A stretch of DNA of 36,650 bases from an uncultured Gammaproteobacteria bacterium (GCA_964359155.1 CAYHRN010000001.1:1-36650), one strand, 5' to 3'. Shown: positions 1 to 10,107, numbered from the stretch's first letter. Notes: a model not told the origin generated them from the letters alone. Numbers and translations are program-made.

Positions 1-952
1 CCCCTACTACTTCAGGAATAGACGCGCAGCGTGAGGCCACAATCGGCACACCGCTTGCCATGGCTTCCAGTAATGGAATGCCAAAACCTTCATACAGCGA
101 GGGGAATACAAAAGCAAAGGCACCGGCCATAAGTAAAGGAAGATCTTCGTCGGGTACATACCCCAAAATATGTATATTACTCTCTGGTGATTTGGTTAGG
201 CTGCTGTATTTCTTTAAAGAAAAGCCATAGCCAGGTTTGCCGGCCAGGACTAAAGAATAGCCACTAGCAAAAAGGGAGAAGGCACGGAGAAGGGTGGGGG
301 TATTTTTTTTGTCTTCCAAGCGGCCGATGTAGAAAAAATAGGGCTTTCGTAGATTATACTTTGTGAGGACGATTTGGATCTCTTCGGGCGTATATCTGGT
401 ATGAAAGCGCGGATCAACGCCATGGGGAATCACTACAATTTTCTTGGGGTCTCCGCCCAGTTCTTTTTTGGTAAATTCTGAAGGTACAATAATGCGGTAG
501 GCTTTGCGGAGCGCTAAGCGAAGTGCAAAACGGTGATACCACCCTTCTTGGCGTGCATAAAAACCACTATTGGCTTTAAAACCAATGTCATGAATGGTGG
601 TAATAGTTTTTTGAGGATGAATAAAGGGAATGGCGTGGCTGGGTACAAAAAGTACGTCGGGCTTGCGCCAGAGCATTTGTAGCGCAAGGCGGCCTTGCGT
701 CCAGAGTTTTTTAAAAGGCCAACGCAGCACACGGCTTTCCCAGTGTGCAGGAAGTAGGGCAAGATCGCCCGTAAGCGGCGTGGGAGAGTACAGGATTACC
801 TTACAAGGTCTCACCTTGTCATCCGACGAGGTGAGACCTTGTTGAGGGGCTTCCGTTCGTTTCTTCAGCTCTTGAATAAGGTGGTACGAATACCACTCAG
901 TACCGGTTTTCTCCTTTTTGTTGGCACGTGAGGCATCAATGCCGATGGTCAT
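1..952 (-). CDS. Glycosyltransferase family 4 (GT-B fold), C-terminal end runs off the window
   Basis: Absent from the ORF track because no stop lies in the window. My translation from ATG at 952 (MTIGIDASRANKKEKTGTEWYSYHLIQELKK...) stays open to base 1. It ends ...FVFPSLYEGFGIPLLEAMASGVPIVASRCASIPEVVG, the typical GT4 nucleotide-sugar binding region. Confidence 0.8.
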   Translation of the reverse strand, partial: MTIGIDASRANKKEKTGTEWYSYHLIQELKKRTEAPQQGLTSSDDKVRPCKVILYSPTPLTGDLALLPAHWESRVLRWPFKKLWTQGRLALQMLWRKPDVLFVPSHAIPFIHPQKTITTIHDIGFKANSGFYARQEGWYHRFALRLALRKAYRIIVPSEFTKKELGGDPKKIVVIPHGVDPRFHTRYTPEEIQIVLTKYNLRKPYFFYIGRLEDKKNTPTLLRAFSLFASGYSLVLAGKPGYGFSLKKYSSLTKSPESNIHILGYVPDEDLPLLMAGAFAFVFPSLYEGFGIPLLEAMASGVPIVASRCASIPEVVG

Positions 953-976
953 AGAATAAAGCTACTAGTGGCTAGT

Positions 977-1984
977 TCACTTTGTAGCCAATATGCTCTT
1001 CTTATAGAGATCAAGGTTTTCCAGTGCTACGCCGGTGCCGCGCGCAACACAAAGAATGGGGTCATCCGCAATTACCGTGGTGACGCCGGTGGCTTGGGCA
1101 ATAAGCTGATCAAAATTACGCAGCATGGAAGAGCCACCCGACATCACAATCCCCTTTTCCATAATATCGGCAGAAAGTTCGGGTGGGGTAAGGTTCAGTA
1201 GCTCGCGCACGGCAGAAACAATGCCGTCTAAACACCCTTGAATAGCTTCACTGACATCGTCTGAAGTGACGGTAATAATTTTGGGGAGTCCCGAAATCAT
1301 GTCGCGGCCCTTCACTTCAATCGTCAGTTTTTCTTGCAAGCGCATAGCACTGCCCACGGCAATTTTAATACGCTCTGAAGTTTGTTCGCCAATTGCCAGC
1401 CCATGTTTTTTGCGAATATAATCGGTGATTGCCGCATCAAATTTAGTACCCCCTACTCGTACTGAATTCGACGTCACAATGCCCCCCAAGGATATTACGG
1501 CCATCTCGCTCGTGCCTCCACCAATATCGATAATCATATGGCCTGAGGCACTCCCTATGGGGATACCGGCGCCAATTGCGGCGGCAATAGGTTCTTTAAT
1601 AATATACGCAGCTTTGGCACCCGCAGAAAGCGCGGCATCAATCACGGCACGTTTTTCGGTGCTGGTGATACCTGCAGGAGTAGCAATCATGACTTCGGGC
1701 CTAAACCAGCGAATACCGCCCGTTGCTTTATGAATAAAATACCGCAACATGGCCTCGGTGGTTTTATAGTCAGCAATCACGCCCTCTTTTAAGGGGCGGC
1801 GTGCCACAATCATATCGGGCGTACGGCCGATCATTTCTTTGGCTTCTTCACCCACGGCAAGTATTTTTTTATCCACCGTGGAAAGCGCCACCACCGATGG
1901 CTCATTAATCACAATGCCACGTTTGGGTAAGTATACACGAATAGTGGTAGTGCCAAGGTCAATGCCAATTTTGCGGATAATCAT
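977..1984 (-). CDS. mreB: Rod shape-determining actin homologue MreB
   Basis: 335 aa. IGIDLGTTTIRVY phosphate-1 motif, DIGGGTSEMAV phosphate-2 motif and GIVMSGGSSML adenosine motif. ATG start. Confidence 0.95.
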   Translation of the reverse strand: MIIRKIGIDLGTTTIRVYLPKRGIVINEPSVVALSTVDKKILAVGEEAKEMIGRTPDMIVARRPLKEGVIADYKTTEAMLRYFIHKATGGIRWFRPEVMIATPAGITSTEKRAVIDAALSAGAKAAYIIKEPIAAAIGAGIPIGSASGHMIIDIGGGTSEMAVISLGGIVTSNSVRVGGTKFDAAITDYIRKKHGLAIGEQTSERIKIAVGSAMRLQEKLTIEVKGRDMISGLPKIITVTSDDVSEAIQGCLDGIVSAVRELLNLTPPELSADIMEKGIVMSGGSSMLRNFDQLIAQATGVTTVIADDPILCVARGTGVALENLDLYKKSILATK

Positions 1985-3789
1985 AGAGAAATAGTTCGAT
2001 CGGTTTTCAAATCAGTTTGAATCTGTTTGGTTATCTTCGCAGAGTTTATACTGAAAGTCAAAGGAATTGCAGGCGTGCCAGCCTGCTTGATAAGCTTCAG
2101 GGTATAGATGCCCGCCTTGACTTGTTCTGCTACGGCTGCGGCGAGTATATACCGAAAGCTAATAGTTTTTTCTTGCCCAGGATCGACAGTAAAAAATGTA
2201 CCAAAGGTGGTATGCCCAAGCTCGGACGCAGTTTCTATACCCTGATCATTGCCTTTAAGTACTGAGCCTTCGGGCACCAAAATGCGCGTATAGCTGCGAT
2301 AGGTACCCCATTTCCATGAATATGTGCCGGTATTTTTATAGGTACTACGTACTTCGGCAGTAAGTGAAGTGTCGGTGTTTTGCGTCACCGTGTAGGTTAT
2401 ACTTTTTTGCATGACTTGATCGGTTTTAAGTGCGCGCATATTAGCATCCAGCACTATCAGCACATCCTCACCTGGCTTTGGCGTGTCAACTACTGGGCCT
2501 GCAACATTATGGGTAGCAAGAGTGCGATTGATGGAAGGGTCAAGCGTCCACGCCATGAGGGCGCGTTCTTGGGCACTTTCCATAAGTACATCAAGCACCC
2601 TTTGCCATTCACCAATAGGTAAGCGCAGGAGGGCGGTTTTTAATGCATGGGCAAAAGGCCCAATAATTTCTTTACGTTGCGTTTTAGGAATGCGTTTGCC
2701 AATATAGCCTTTTTCTACATGCCATTCGAGTACATCAAAAATAGTGCTGGCAGTAAATGTTTCGCCTTCCACACTTATGGGCCCCGTAAGCTCTAATAGT
2801 TTTGCAATAAGGGTGGGGGTGAGTGCAATAACGCCATTGATATTCTCTGCATGAGCCCCTTGTTCAAGACGATAAAAACTTAACGCGCGTTGTGCGTTTA
2901 TGGCAAAGTCGGGCGACCAATTACTATCACGCAGCAGCCATTTATTAAATGAGGGCGTAAGAAGGTATTTACTCATAGGTGGCGGTGGCGTTACGCTAAG
3001 GCGCGCATGCGAGGGACGATCCAGATTATAAATATCGTCGGTCGTGAGATCTTGCACTTCGCCGTCGGTAACCTTCAGCACGCCATAGGTGCCAATAAAT
3101 CCTCCGCCTGGGCGCAGCTCAAAATTATTCATCAAAAGCAATAAGTAGCTTTGAGATGTCCTGTATCCGGCCATATAGGGCACAATATCAACAAAAGATT
3201 GGAGTTTTTTAGCACCAGGTATTACAGCAGTGAGTAGTTCCTGCGCTTGTGCTACATAGTCACCCAAAGGGTTAAGAAGTGCTTCAGGTTGAAGTGCCTT
3301 CAGCGTGGTAAGTGTTTGCTCACTATGGGTAGTAAAGGTGGTAAGTAGTGGTGCGCTTTCGATGGCCATGCGGAGTAATTGACGTCGTGCTTCTGGCGGT
3401 ACATCTTCTATACGCTCTATAGTAGGGACTAGTTGCAATATGCGCTGCACCTGAAATGCTAAGGGAAGCATATCGTCTATAGTAGTAGCTGCCGCAGCAC
3501 TTAGTGTACGCATGGCAGAAATTTGGGTGCCAAGTATTGGTAAACGTGGAAGAAGGCGGAGGTATTGAAGATCATTATTAAGTTGGGCGATTTCTGGGGC
3601 AAGTGTTTCAATGGTATTGAGCATGATGCTGATATCATTGCTGCGGTAGGCGGCTTGCACGCCCTCTCCTTCTTGTCTTAAGAGTCGCACGTCACGCACG
3701 ACGCGCGCAGTAAAAAACGCATCATAGGTGAGGAGCCCCCCAAGGCCGCCTAGCAGAACAATGATAAGGATGCGTAAGAATGATTTCAT
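1981..3789 (-). CDS. DUF4012-like membrane-anchored protein
   Basis: N-terminal TM helix. The core LLLLMNNFELRPGGGFIGTYGVLKV matches the NNxExRxxGG signature I associate with DUF4012. The track start at 3798 is TTG; the ATG at 3789 (MKSFLRILIIV) is more likely. Confidence 0.6.
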   Translation of the reverse strand: MKSFLRILIIVLLGGLGGLLTYDAFFTARVVRDVRLLRQEGEGVQAAYRSNDISIMLNTIETLAPEIAQLNNDLQYLRLLPRLPILGTQISAMRTLSAAAATTIDDMLPLAFQVQRILQLVPTIERIEDVPPEARRQLLRMAIESAPLLTTFTTHSEQTLTTLKALQPEALLNPLGDYVAQAQELLTAVIPGAKKLQSFVDIVPYMAGYRTSQSYLLLLMNNFELRPGGGFIGTYGVLKVTDGEVQDLTTDDIYNLDRPSHARLSVTPPPPMSKYLLTPSFNKWLLRDSNWSPDFAINAQRALSFYRLEQGAHAENINGVIALTPTLIAKLLELTGPISVEGETFTASTIFDVLEWHVEKGYIGKRIPKTQRKEIIGPFAHALKTALLRLPIGEWQRVLDVLMESAQERALMAWTLDPSINRTLATHNVAGPVVDTPKPGEDVLIVLDANMRALKTDQVMQKSITYTVTQNTDTSLTAEVRSTYKNTGTYSWKWGTYRSYTRILVPEGSVLKGNDQGIETASELGHTTFGTFFTVDPGQEKTISFRYILAAAVAEQVKAGIYTLKLIKQAGTPAIPLTFSINSAKITKQIQTDLKTDRTISL

Positions 3790-3794
3790 ATAGT

Positions 3795-4595
3795 TCAACG
3801 CGGGAGTGCGCGATTACAATACTTCCAAAAATATTTAAAGCCCGAGGCAATATGAGCGCGCATAGGGCGAGAACATAATGCATGCAAAATACTTTCATTG
3901 GCTGACATGCGCCTATGGTAATGAATCATATGCGCATGTGGTAGGTATACCACCTTTAGGTGATGTTCCCAAAATCGTCGGCAGAAATCAGTGTCTTCAA
4001 AATATAAAAAAAAGCGTTCATCAAGGAATCCCACGGTTTTGATATGTTTACGTTTAAACATCAAGCATGCTCCTAATAGCCAATCTACTTCTTGGGTTGC
4101 AGTGTGGTCTGCATCTATCATAATGTAGCTCCGCACTGCCTGTTGACCTTGTGGTAATCGCCCCAGTGGTGTACGGCGATACAGCGGCGTAAGAATGGTG
4201 GGGAAGTGTGCACATGAGTATTGAATGCTCCCATCAGGATTTGAAAGTTGTGGCCCTACGAGGCCTACATCTTCATGTAGCTTGAGGTATTCCACCATTG
4301 CTTCAAGTGCACCTTGTTGCACCACGATATCGGGGTTCATGAGCATCACATACTCCCCCTGTGCTCTGCGGAGCCCCATATTGTTGCCCGCAGCAAAGCC
4401 GCAGTTATAAGGAGATGGTATGAACTGCACATCTTTGAACTCATGCTGTATCATTGCTGCGGTGCCGTCACTCGAGGCATTGTCAATAACAATAATTTCA
4501 TAGCGCAACTCCGGCTTTGCACGGGCAATGCCTTTTAGGCAGTATTTAAGAAGTCCTTTGGTGTTATAGTTGAGGATGACAATAGATAGGTCCAT
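3795..4595 (-). CDS. Glycosyltransferase family 2
   Basis: 266 aa. LSIVILNYNTKGLL...VIDNASSDGT...NCGFAAGNN and a DxD-like FEDTDF motif. ATG start. Confidence 0.85.
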   Translation of the reverse strand: MDLSIVILNYNTKGLLKYCLKGIARAKPELRYEIIVIDNASSDGTAAMIQHEFKDVQFIPSPYNCGFAAGNNMGLRRAQGEYVMLMNPDIVVQQGALEAMVEYLKLHEDVGLVGPQLSNPDGSIQYSCAHFPTILTPLYRRTPLGRLPQGQQAVRSYIMIDADHTATQEVDWLLGACLMFKRKHIKTVGFLDERFFLYFEDTDFCRRFWEHHLKVVYLPHAHMIHYHRRMSANESILHALCSRPMRAHIASGFKYFWKYCNRALPR

Positions 4596-5505
4596 ACGAA
4601 CGTTTTTTTATCATAAGGCGCATGTTTTTACCAACCTCTTTGAGCGCATAGAGTGTGCGCGGCTGCGTAAAAAGATAATAACAAAATTTTGCTATTTCAT
4701 ACGGCGCTACCAAGGGTACATGCACAAGAAAGCTGCGCCATGTTTCGTTTTTGAGTAAGGTGTAGAAATGGTTTCGATATGACCATTGATTAATATGCAA
4801 GGGGCGCTTGCCATGGCTTTTATCCTTGCCAATACCACGTGCATGATATGCCTGCGCGCAGGGCATGTATAAAAAGCTCCAACCCTTGCGTTGCATACGC
4901 CAACTAATGTCTACATCTTCTTTGTAGCAAAAAAAATCCTGGTCGAAATATTCCTCATTTTGTTTCACGTCCTCTAGTGCTGACATGCGATATAGGGCGC
5001 AGGCGCCGGAGATGCCCCAGACCGCATGGGGAGAAGAGTTGGTAGTTAAAGAGCCGGCGTTACGTTCCCGTACGTGCCGTGTGGGTAGCATTTCTAATCC
5101 TTCAGAATCAATGATATTCGTTTTGACGACTGTATCTCCTTCAAATTTAAAACGCAGTAGTTGTCCAGTGATGCCGGCGGTTTTTTGATTCTGCTCCATT
5201 ATTGCTACCAGGCTGATAAGATAATTTGGTGTAAGAATAACATCAGGGTTGAGCACCAAAACATATGAGCTGGTAGCTAAATACTGAATTCCCTGATTTT
5301 GGGCTGCGGCAAATCCCCTATTGGTAGTATTTTTAATCACGGGAATATGGGGGTAATGTGCAGCAAGGAATTCCAATGTGCCGTCGGTGGATGCATTGTC
5401 AATAATCACTATTGAAGTGTTTCTGTAGGTTTGCGTTTCAAGCGAGGCAAGGCAATGGGGCAAGACAGAGCGCGAGTTCCAAGTGACAATGCTGATTAAG
5501 ACCAT
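4564..5505 (-). CDS. Glycosyltransferase family 2
   Basis: 313 aa. ISIVTWNSRSVL...IIDNASTDGT...NRGFAAAQN and YKEDVDISWR. Overlaps the next GT2 by 32 nt. Confidence 0.85.
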   Translation of the reverse strand: MVLISIVTWNSRSVLPHCLASLETQTYRNTSIVIIDNASTDGTLEFLAAHYPHIPVIKNTTNRGFAAAQNQGIQYLATSSYVLVLNPDVILTPNYLISLVAIMEQNQKTAGITGQLLRFKFEGDTVVKTNIIDSEGLEMLPTRHVRERNAGSLTTNSSPHAVWGISGACALYRMSALEDVKQNEEYFDQDFFCYKEDVDISWRMQRKGWSFLYMPCAQAYHARGIGKDKSHGKRPLHINQWSYRNHFYTLLKNETWRSFLVHVPLVAPYEIAKFCYYLFTQPRTLYALKEVGKNMRLMIKKRSYGPIYCHPQL

Positions 5506-5506
5506 A

Positions 5507-5884
5507 TTATGATCTTTTCATTTTGATGCTGATAAGCTCGGTAAGCACCGCGAGCACCATAAGAATTCCTACATGGGTGATGGTGAAACGTTGCACATGA
5601 AGTAGTGCAAGGCTTACCGTAAGCACGGTAGTAAGGAGTAAGCCTTGGCGAAATGAGATTACGACACGGTCATGCATGCTGGCTTGTTTGTGTGCCCATA
5701 TACGTACCAAAAACCCAAGCGTACTGAAGGTGCCTAAGAAGGCTAGACCAAGTGTAGTAAAAAAAGCCGCAGGGGCAAGCCAACTTCCTTGTTGGGGGTT
5801 CATTTTTAACAATACAAAAAGCCAAAACAACCAGCAGGTGCTGGTTGTAAGGGTCATGAAGAAAAGATATTTTGCAAGGCTCAT
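5507..5884 (-). CDS. Small integral membrane protein, unknown function
   Basis: 125 aa with about four hydrophobic helices and an ATG start. Tightly packed between RNase J and GT2. The antisense ORFs in the track are shadows. Confidence 0.5.
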   Translation of the reverse strand: MSLAKYLFFMTLTTSTCWLFWLFVLLKMNPQQGSWLAPAAFFTTLGLAFLGTFSTLGFLVRIWAHKQASMHDRVVISFRQGLLLTTVLTVSLALLHVQRFTITHVGILMVLAVLTELISIKMKRS

Positions 5885-5897
5885 ACATGCGCGCCTT

Positions 5898-7775
5898 CTA
5901 TATTTTAATCACCACGGGCAAGATCATGGGTCTTCGTTTGGTTTTGGCGAACAAAAATTGTGCCAATTCATTGCGCAATTTATTTTTAATGTAATTGTCA
6001 TCAGGGGGGCTTTTGAGGTCACGATCAGTGGCAATGTGTTTTGCTTTCATGCGCGTTTGTTCAATAAGATCGCGGTTTTCTTTCATATGAATAAACCCAC
6101 GCGAGATAAGGTCGGGATTGCCCAGCAATTTGCCCGTGTGGTTATCGACCGTGACAATTACTACCAACATGCCGTCTGCGGCCAACACTTGCCGATCGCG
6201 CAATACAATGTCGCTCACATCCCCCACCCCAAGGCCATCTACCATGACATAGTCGGTGGGCGCTTGTTCTTTGGTAACTTCGGCCGATGTTTTACTGATT
6301 TCGATTACTTGGCCATTGTCGGCCAAGAGTACGCGGTTTTCGGGAATACCTACTTCTTGAGCAAGCTTCCCGTGAATATCCAGCATGTACCGGTTGGCTT
6401 CGATGGGAATAAAAAAGGTAGGCTTTACGAGGTTCAAGAAAAATTTTAAATCTTCTTGATGCGCATGGCCACCGGCATGAATATCCATAAACTTATAGTG
6501 CACAATACGCGCACCTTTACGGGCAAAGCTATCTTTTAATGTTTGCACCGTGCGTTCATTCCCTGGCACTACTGATGAGGAAAAAATAATGGTGTCACCT
6601 TTTTTAATATCAAGTAATGGGTGTTCACCCATGGCAGCACGCATCAGTACGGCGCGTTCTTCGCCTTGGGCCCCTGTACACAGAAGCACGAGTTTATCAT
6701 CGGGCACCTGGGCAATTTCATTGTCTTCAATAATCACACCCTGCGGTATGGTAAGGTAGCCCAGGGAATGCGTAAGCTCCACATTGTCGCGCATACTGCG
6801 GCCAATAATACCCACTTTGCGATTATGTTTTTTGGCAAGTGTAATAATTTGTTGAATACGCGAGATGAGACTGGCAAAAGTACCAATAATAATGCGGCCA
6901 CGGCTATCGATAAAAAGTTTATCGAGCTGTACGCCCACTTCCGATTCCGACATTTGTTTTCCTGGCTGTTCGGCGTTGGTGGAGTCTGCCATCAGCACCA
7001 GTACTCCGGCATTGCCCAAGGCTGCCACACGGTTAAGATCCATGGGTTTGTCGTTCACGGGGGTAGCATCAATCTTGAAGTCGCCGGTATGAATGAGCGT
7101 GCCTACAGGGGTTGTCACCACAATGGCAAAGCTATCGGGAATATTATGATTTACGCCAAAAAATTCTACCTTAAACTTTCCAAGGGTAAGTTTGGAATCT
7201 TCATTGATAAGCTGAATATTCAGTTTAGGTGCATTGCGGTATTCGCGTTGGCGTTTTTGAATAAGCCCGGCAGAGAGTTTTCCCGTGTAGAGCGGTGGAT
7301 TGCCTAAGGGGCCCATAAGGTGAGGAATAGCACCAATGTGGTCGAAGTGGCCATGGGTAATAATCACGCCCTTAATATTGCGCTCTTTGCCCTTAAGATA
7401 GGAGATATTAGGAATAATATAATCAATACCCGGCGTATCTTCTTCGGGAAATTGTAATCCCATGTCTATAATAATGATGTCATTGTCGTATTCGAGCACG
7501 GTCATATTGCGCCCTACTTCTTCGAGCCCGCCCAGCACAATCACGCGTAGTTTCGGTGTTTTACGGATAGGTGTGGGCCGAAGGTCCCGAGTAGGCCCGA
7601 GGGATCGGGGATTTTCTGCGCTCTTAGGGGCATGAGGTGGGACACTGCGCGCATGCCGAGGGTCCCGAGTATTGGCGAGGGGCGCGCGCCGGCGTGGCAG
7701 GCGTTTTAAGGGGTTGGTGCCTGTTGACGTATAGGTTTCTGTTCTTACTGCTGATGTTGAGGGAATAAAATTCAT
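5898..7775 (-). CDS. rnj: Ribonuclease J (metallo-beta-lactamase / beta-CASP), with an N-terminal extension of about 75 aa
   Basis: LRVIVLGGLEEVGRNMTVLEYD, ITHGHFDHIGAIPHL (HxHxDH) and HAGGHAHQEDL. The N-terminal 75 aa are Pro/Arg-rich and GC-rich. Confidence 0.9.
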   Translation of the reverse strand: MNFIPSTSAVRTETYTSTGTNPLKRLPRRRAPLANTRDPRHARSVPPHAPKSAENPRSLGPTRDLRPTPIRKTPKLRVIVLGGLEEVGRNMTVLEYDNDIIIIDMGLQFPEEDTPGIDYIIPNISYLKGKERNIKGVIITHGHFDHIGAIPHLMGPLGNPPLYTGKLSAGLIQKRQREYRNAPKLNIQLINEDSKLTLGKFKVEFFGVNHNIPDSFAIVVTTPVGTLIHTGDFKIDATPVNDKPMDLNRVAALGNAGVLVLMADSTNAEQPGKQMSESEVGVQLDKLFIDSRGRIIIGTFASLISRIQQIITLAKKHNRKVGIIGRSMRDNVELTHSLGYLTIPQGVIIEDNEIAQVPDDKLVLLCTGAQGEERAVLMRAAMGEHPLLDIKKGDTIIFSSSVVPGNERTVQTLKDSFARKGARIVHYKFMDIHAGGHAHQEDLKFFLNLVKPTFFIPIEANRYMLDIHGKLAQEVGIPENRVLLADNGQVIEISKTSAEVTKEQAPTDYVMVDGLGVGDVSDIVLRDRQVLAADGMLVVIVTVDNHTGKLLGNPDLISRGFIHMKENRDLIEQTRMKAKHIATDRDLKSPPDDNYIKNKLRNELAQFLFAKTKRRPMILPVVIKI

Positions 7776-7833
7776 AGATTAATTTTTTTTTGTTAGTTTT
7801 TTAGAGATGAGATGTAGATGTGGTTGCACAAAA

Positions 7834-7917
7834 TGCCCAGGGGGAGATTTGAACTCCCACAACCTTGCGGTTACAGCGCCCTGAACGCTGCGTGTCTGCC
7901 AGTTCCACCACCTGGGC
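7834..7917 (-). tRNA. tRNA-Leu (anticodon CAG), class II with long variable arm, no encoded CCA
   Basis: Hand-folded from the reverse complement. Acceptor GCCCAGG/CCTGGGC plus discriminator A. D region GGTGGTGGAACTGGCAGACAC. Anticodon stem CAGCG/CGCTG with loop TTCAGGG. 15-nt variable arm. T arm GGGAG-TTCAAAT-CTCCC. Confidence 0.9.
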
Positions 7918-7925
7918 CGATTGTA

Positions 7926-9704
7926 TTACCAAGAGCGTTTTTCTTTAGTGTACCACTCTGCAATATGGGCAAAGCGATCTTGAGTAGCAGAAAGACCTTT
8001 AAGCGTGACGCCTGAAAATGAGGGTGCTATAAGGTATAAATAATGCGAGCGCCACAGCATAATGGCAGGGATTTGTTTATTAATGATGGTGGCAAGCGCT
8101 TGGTATTTTTCTTTTTGTGCAGTTTCATTATAGGTGGCACGTGCTTGTGTCATAAGGGTGTCGGCCTCTGTATCGGAAAATAACCCTAAGTTCAACCCAG
8201 GCCATTCTCGTTGCGAAGAATGCCAAAAGATATAAGGATCTTGTGTGCCATCGGTTTTTAAAGAAAACAATAATACTTCATAATCGCGCGTTCGTACTAT
8301 TTCTCGTTTTATTTTACTGCTTTCTACGGTTTTTACGGTGGTAGGAATGCCAAGCGCGGTCCAGGAGGCAGCAATTTTTTCTGCGATCGCGATTTGTCCT
8401 GGGTTTGATGAGGCAGTAAGAGTAAGGCTGGGTGAGGGCGCTAAAGGCGGCGGGGTAGATTTTTTAGCTTTAGTTTTTGTTGGTTTTGGTTTCATGCCTT
8501 CTTGCCATGCTTGCAATATTTTTTTTGCTTCCAGTATATTGCCATTAGGCAAGCCTTGAAGTGTCTTGACAAAGGGTAGTAGCGGGGTATCAATAATTTC
8601 TACATCACTACCGTATAATTCTTGCGCCATAGATTGTTTGGGTAAGGCAAGGAGAAGTGCCTGGCGTACTTCTTTATACCGGAGCCATTGATTCTTCTGT
8701 TCATTTAAGAAAAGACCAGTGTATTGCGGGAACGCCAAAGAGAAGGCATGGAAATGTTCACGGAGCGCCAAGGGTAAAGGCTCATCTGCATCAGGAAGCA
8801 TGCCTGCAGCGTCAATGCTTTTTTCTTGCAATGCGGCGACGAGCTCTGCGCGTGTGGGGAATAGCTTGATAATAAGATTTTCTATATATACAGGCGCGGT
8901 AAGCAAAAAGCGGGTATTGCCTTTGAGTTCTATGCTACGTATTGCCCCTTGGGTATCTTTGCGTATGCGTTCAAATGCAAAGGGCCCTGTACCCACCGGA
9001 TTCAGATTCGCCTCACTCAAAGGGAACGCCGCAGGATTGATTTGTTGAAATACATGGGCAGGTATAATACCGAAGGTTAATACCGAAGGCAAAAATGCAT
9101 ACGGAGTTTCTAGGGTAAGAATAATGGTGTATTGATCCTGTTTTTTTACTTTCATGCCCTTAAGGCTTGCGCCCAATGGACTTTTGTACGCAGGGTCCAT
9201 GGCGATTTCTAGAGTGAACAGTACATCATCTGCATCAAACGGCTCTGCATCATGCCAAGTAATATTCTTACGCAAGGTAAGGGTATAGGTTTTTTCATCC
9301 GAACTTACTTCCATATGATCTACCAGGTCTGGTACGAAAGTTTCTTGCACTGGATCGTATTTAAAAAGACTTGAGAATATAAGGGACGAGATTTCCAGAT
9401 CTACTTTTTCTGTGGCTAAGATAGGGTTAAAACTATGCGCGTTTCCCACCATGCCTTCGCGTAAGGTGCCACCCTGTGAAGGCACCATATGAGTGGAGGT
9501 TTGATAAAGGTATACATTCAATACCACAAGACTTGTGAGCATGACCAATGCCAAGCTACGCACCACCAAAAGTTCTCGGGGTGATAGCATATGCATCAGG
9601 TAGGCAAAATGACGTCGGGACGGAAATGATTTTTTTTGCAACGAACTCACAAGATTCCGTGCCAACGACACGTGATCAGGCGAATCCTTTTCTTGAAAAG
9701 GCAT
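7926..9704 (-). CDS. ABC transporter substrate-binding protein, family 5 (peptide/nickel type), membrane anchored
   Basis: 592 aa with an N-terminal TM helix. The stretch GTLREGMVGNAHSFNPILA...TYTLTLRKNITWHDAEPFDADDVLFTL is typical of SBP_bac_5. Contains a low-complexity KPKPTKTKAKKSTPPP insert. Confidence 0.8.
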   Translation of the reverse strand: MPFQEKDSPDHVSLARNLVSSLQKKSFPSRRHFAYLMHMLSPRELLVVRSLALVMLTSLVVLNVYLYQTSTHMVPSQGGTLREGMVGNAHSFNPILATEKVDLEISSLIFSSLFKYDPVQETFVPDLVDHMEVSSDEKTYTLTLRKNITWHDAEPFDADDVLFTLEIAMDPAYKSPLGASLKGMKVKKQDQYTIILTLETPYAFLPSVLTFGIIPAHVFQQINPAAFPLSEANLNPVGTGPFAFERIRKDTQGAIRSIELKGNTRFLLTAPVYIENLIIKLFPTRAELVAALQEKSIDAAGMLPDADEPLPLALREHFHAFSLAFPQYTGLFLNEQKNQWLRYKEVRQALLLALPKQSMAQELYGSDVEIIDTPLLPFVKTLQGLPNGNILEAKKILQAWQEGMKPKPTKTKAKKSTPPPLAPSPSLTLTASSNPGQIAIAEKIAASWTALGIPTTVKTVESSKIKREIVRTRDYEVLLFSLKTDGTQDPYIFWHSSQREWPGLNLGLFSDTEADTLMTQARATYNETAQKEKYQALATIINKQIPAIMLWRSHYLYLIAPSFSGVTLKGLSATQDRFAHIAEWYTKEKRSW

Positions 9705-9931
9705 TAGAGTGCAAGGCCTAGCATGTGAACCAACGCAAGGCCAAAAAAAGCAATAGCAAGAATAATAGTTGCGATAAACAAGATTCGTTCAACGCCTCGT
9801 TTGGTGCGGTATACCTCGCCACCGCCACCAAAGGTAGAGCCAAGATCACCACCACGAGATTGGAGCAGAATACTACTCACTAAAAAAATTGCAATAACAA
9901 TTTGTATAATGACGAGTGATTGGGTCAGCAT
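9704..9931 (-). CDS. secG: Preprotein translocase subunit SecG
   Basis: 75 aa with two TM helices flanking LLQSRGGDLGSTFGGGG, the SecG glycine-rich loop. Confidence 0.85.
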   Translation of the reverse strand: MLTQSLVIIQIVIAIFLVSSILLQSRGGDLGSTFGGGGEVYRTKRGVERILFIATIILAIAFFGLALVHMLGLAL

Positions 9932-10107
9932 AAGAATAAACGTTCTCCATGATAAAGTAATATACCCTACTTTTTTTCTTTCGTCAAGGCCTTCTTAAGT
10001 ACAAAGACGCTTTTCCCGCTTACCTTCATGCGGCGCCGGGTTTCGCGCACCCTTCTTTCCCATTTATTATTGGTAACTTTCATATAAGTTTAGTATACTC
10101 CCCTAAG

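Noticed and set aside
9967-10083. 38-aa very basic minus-strand ORF (MKVTNNKWERRVRETRRRMKVSGKSVFVLKKALTKEKK) in the secG-dsbA spacer, superficially like a small ribosomal protein.
   Set aside because: It matches no ribosomal protein I can recall. Its start is only 24 nt from the divergent dsbA start, so no promoter fits. It also overlaps the predicted dsbA promoter and has no properly spaced Shine-Dalgarno site.
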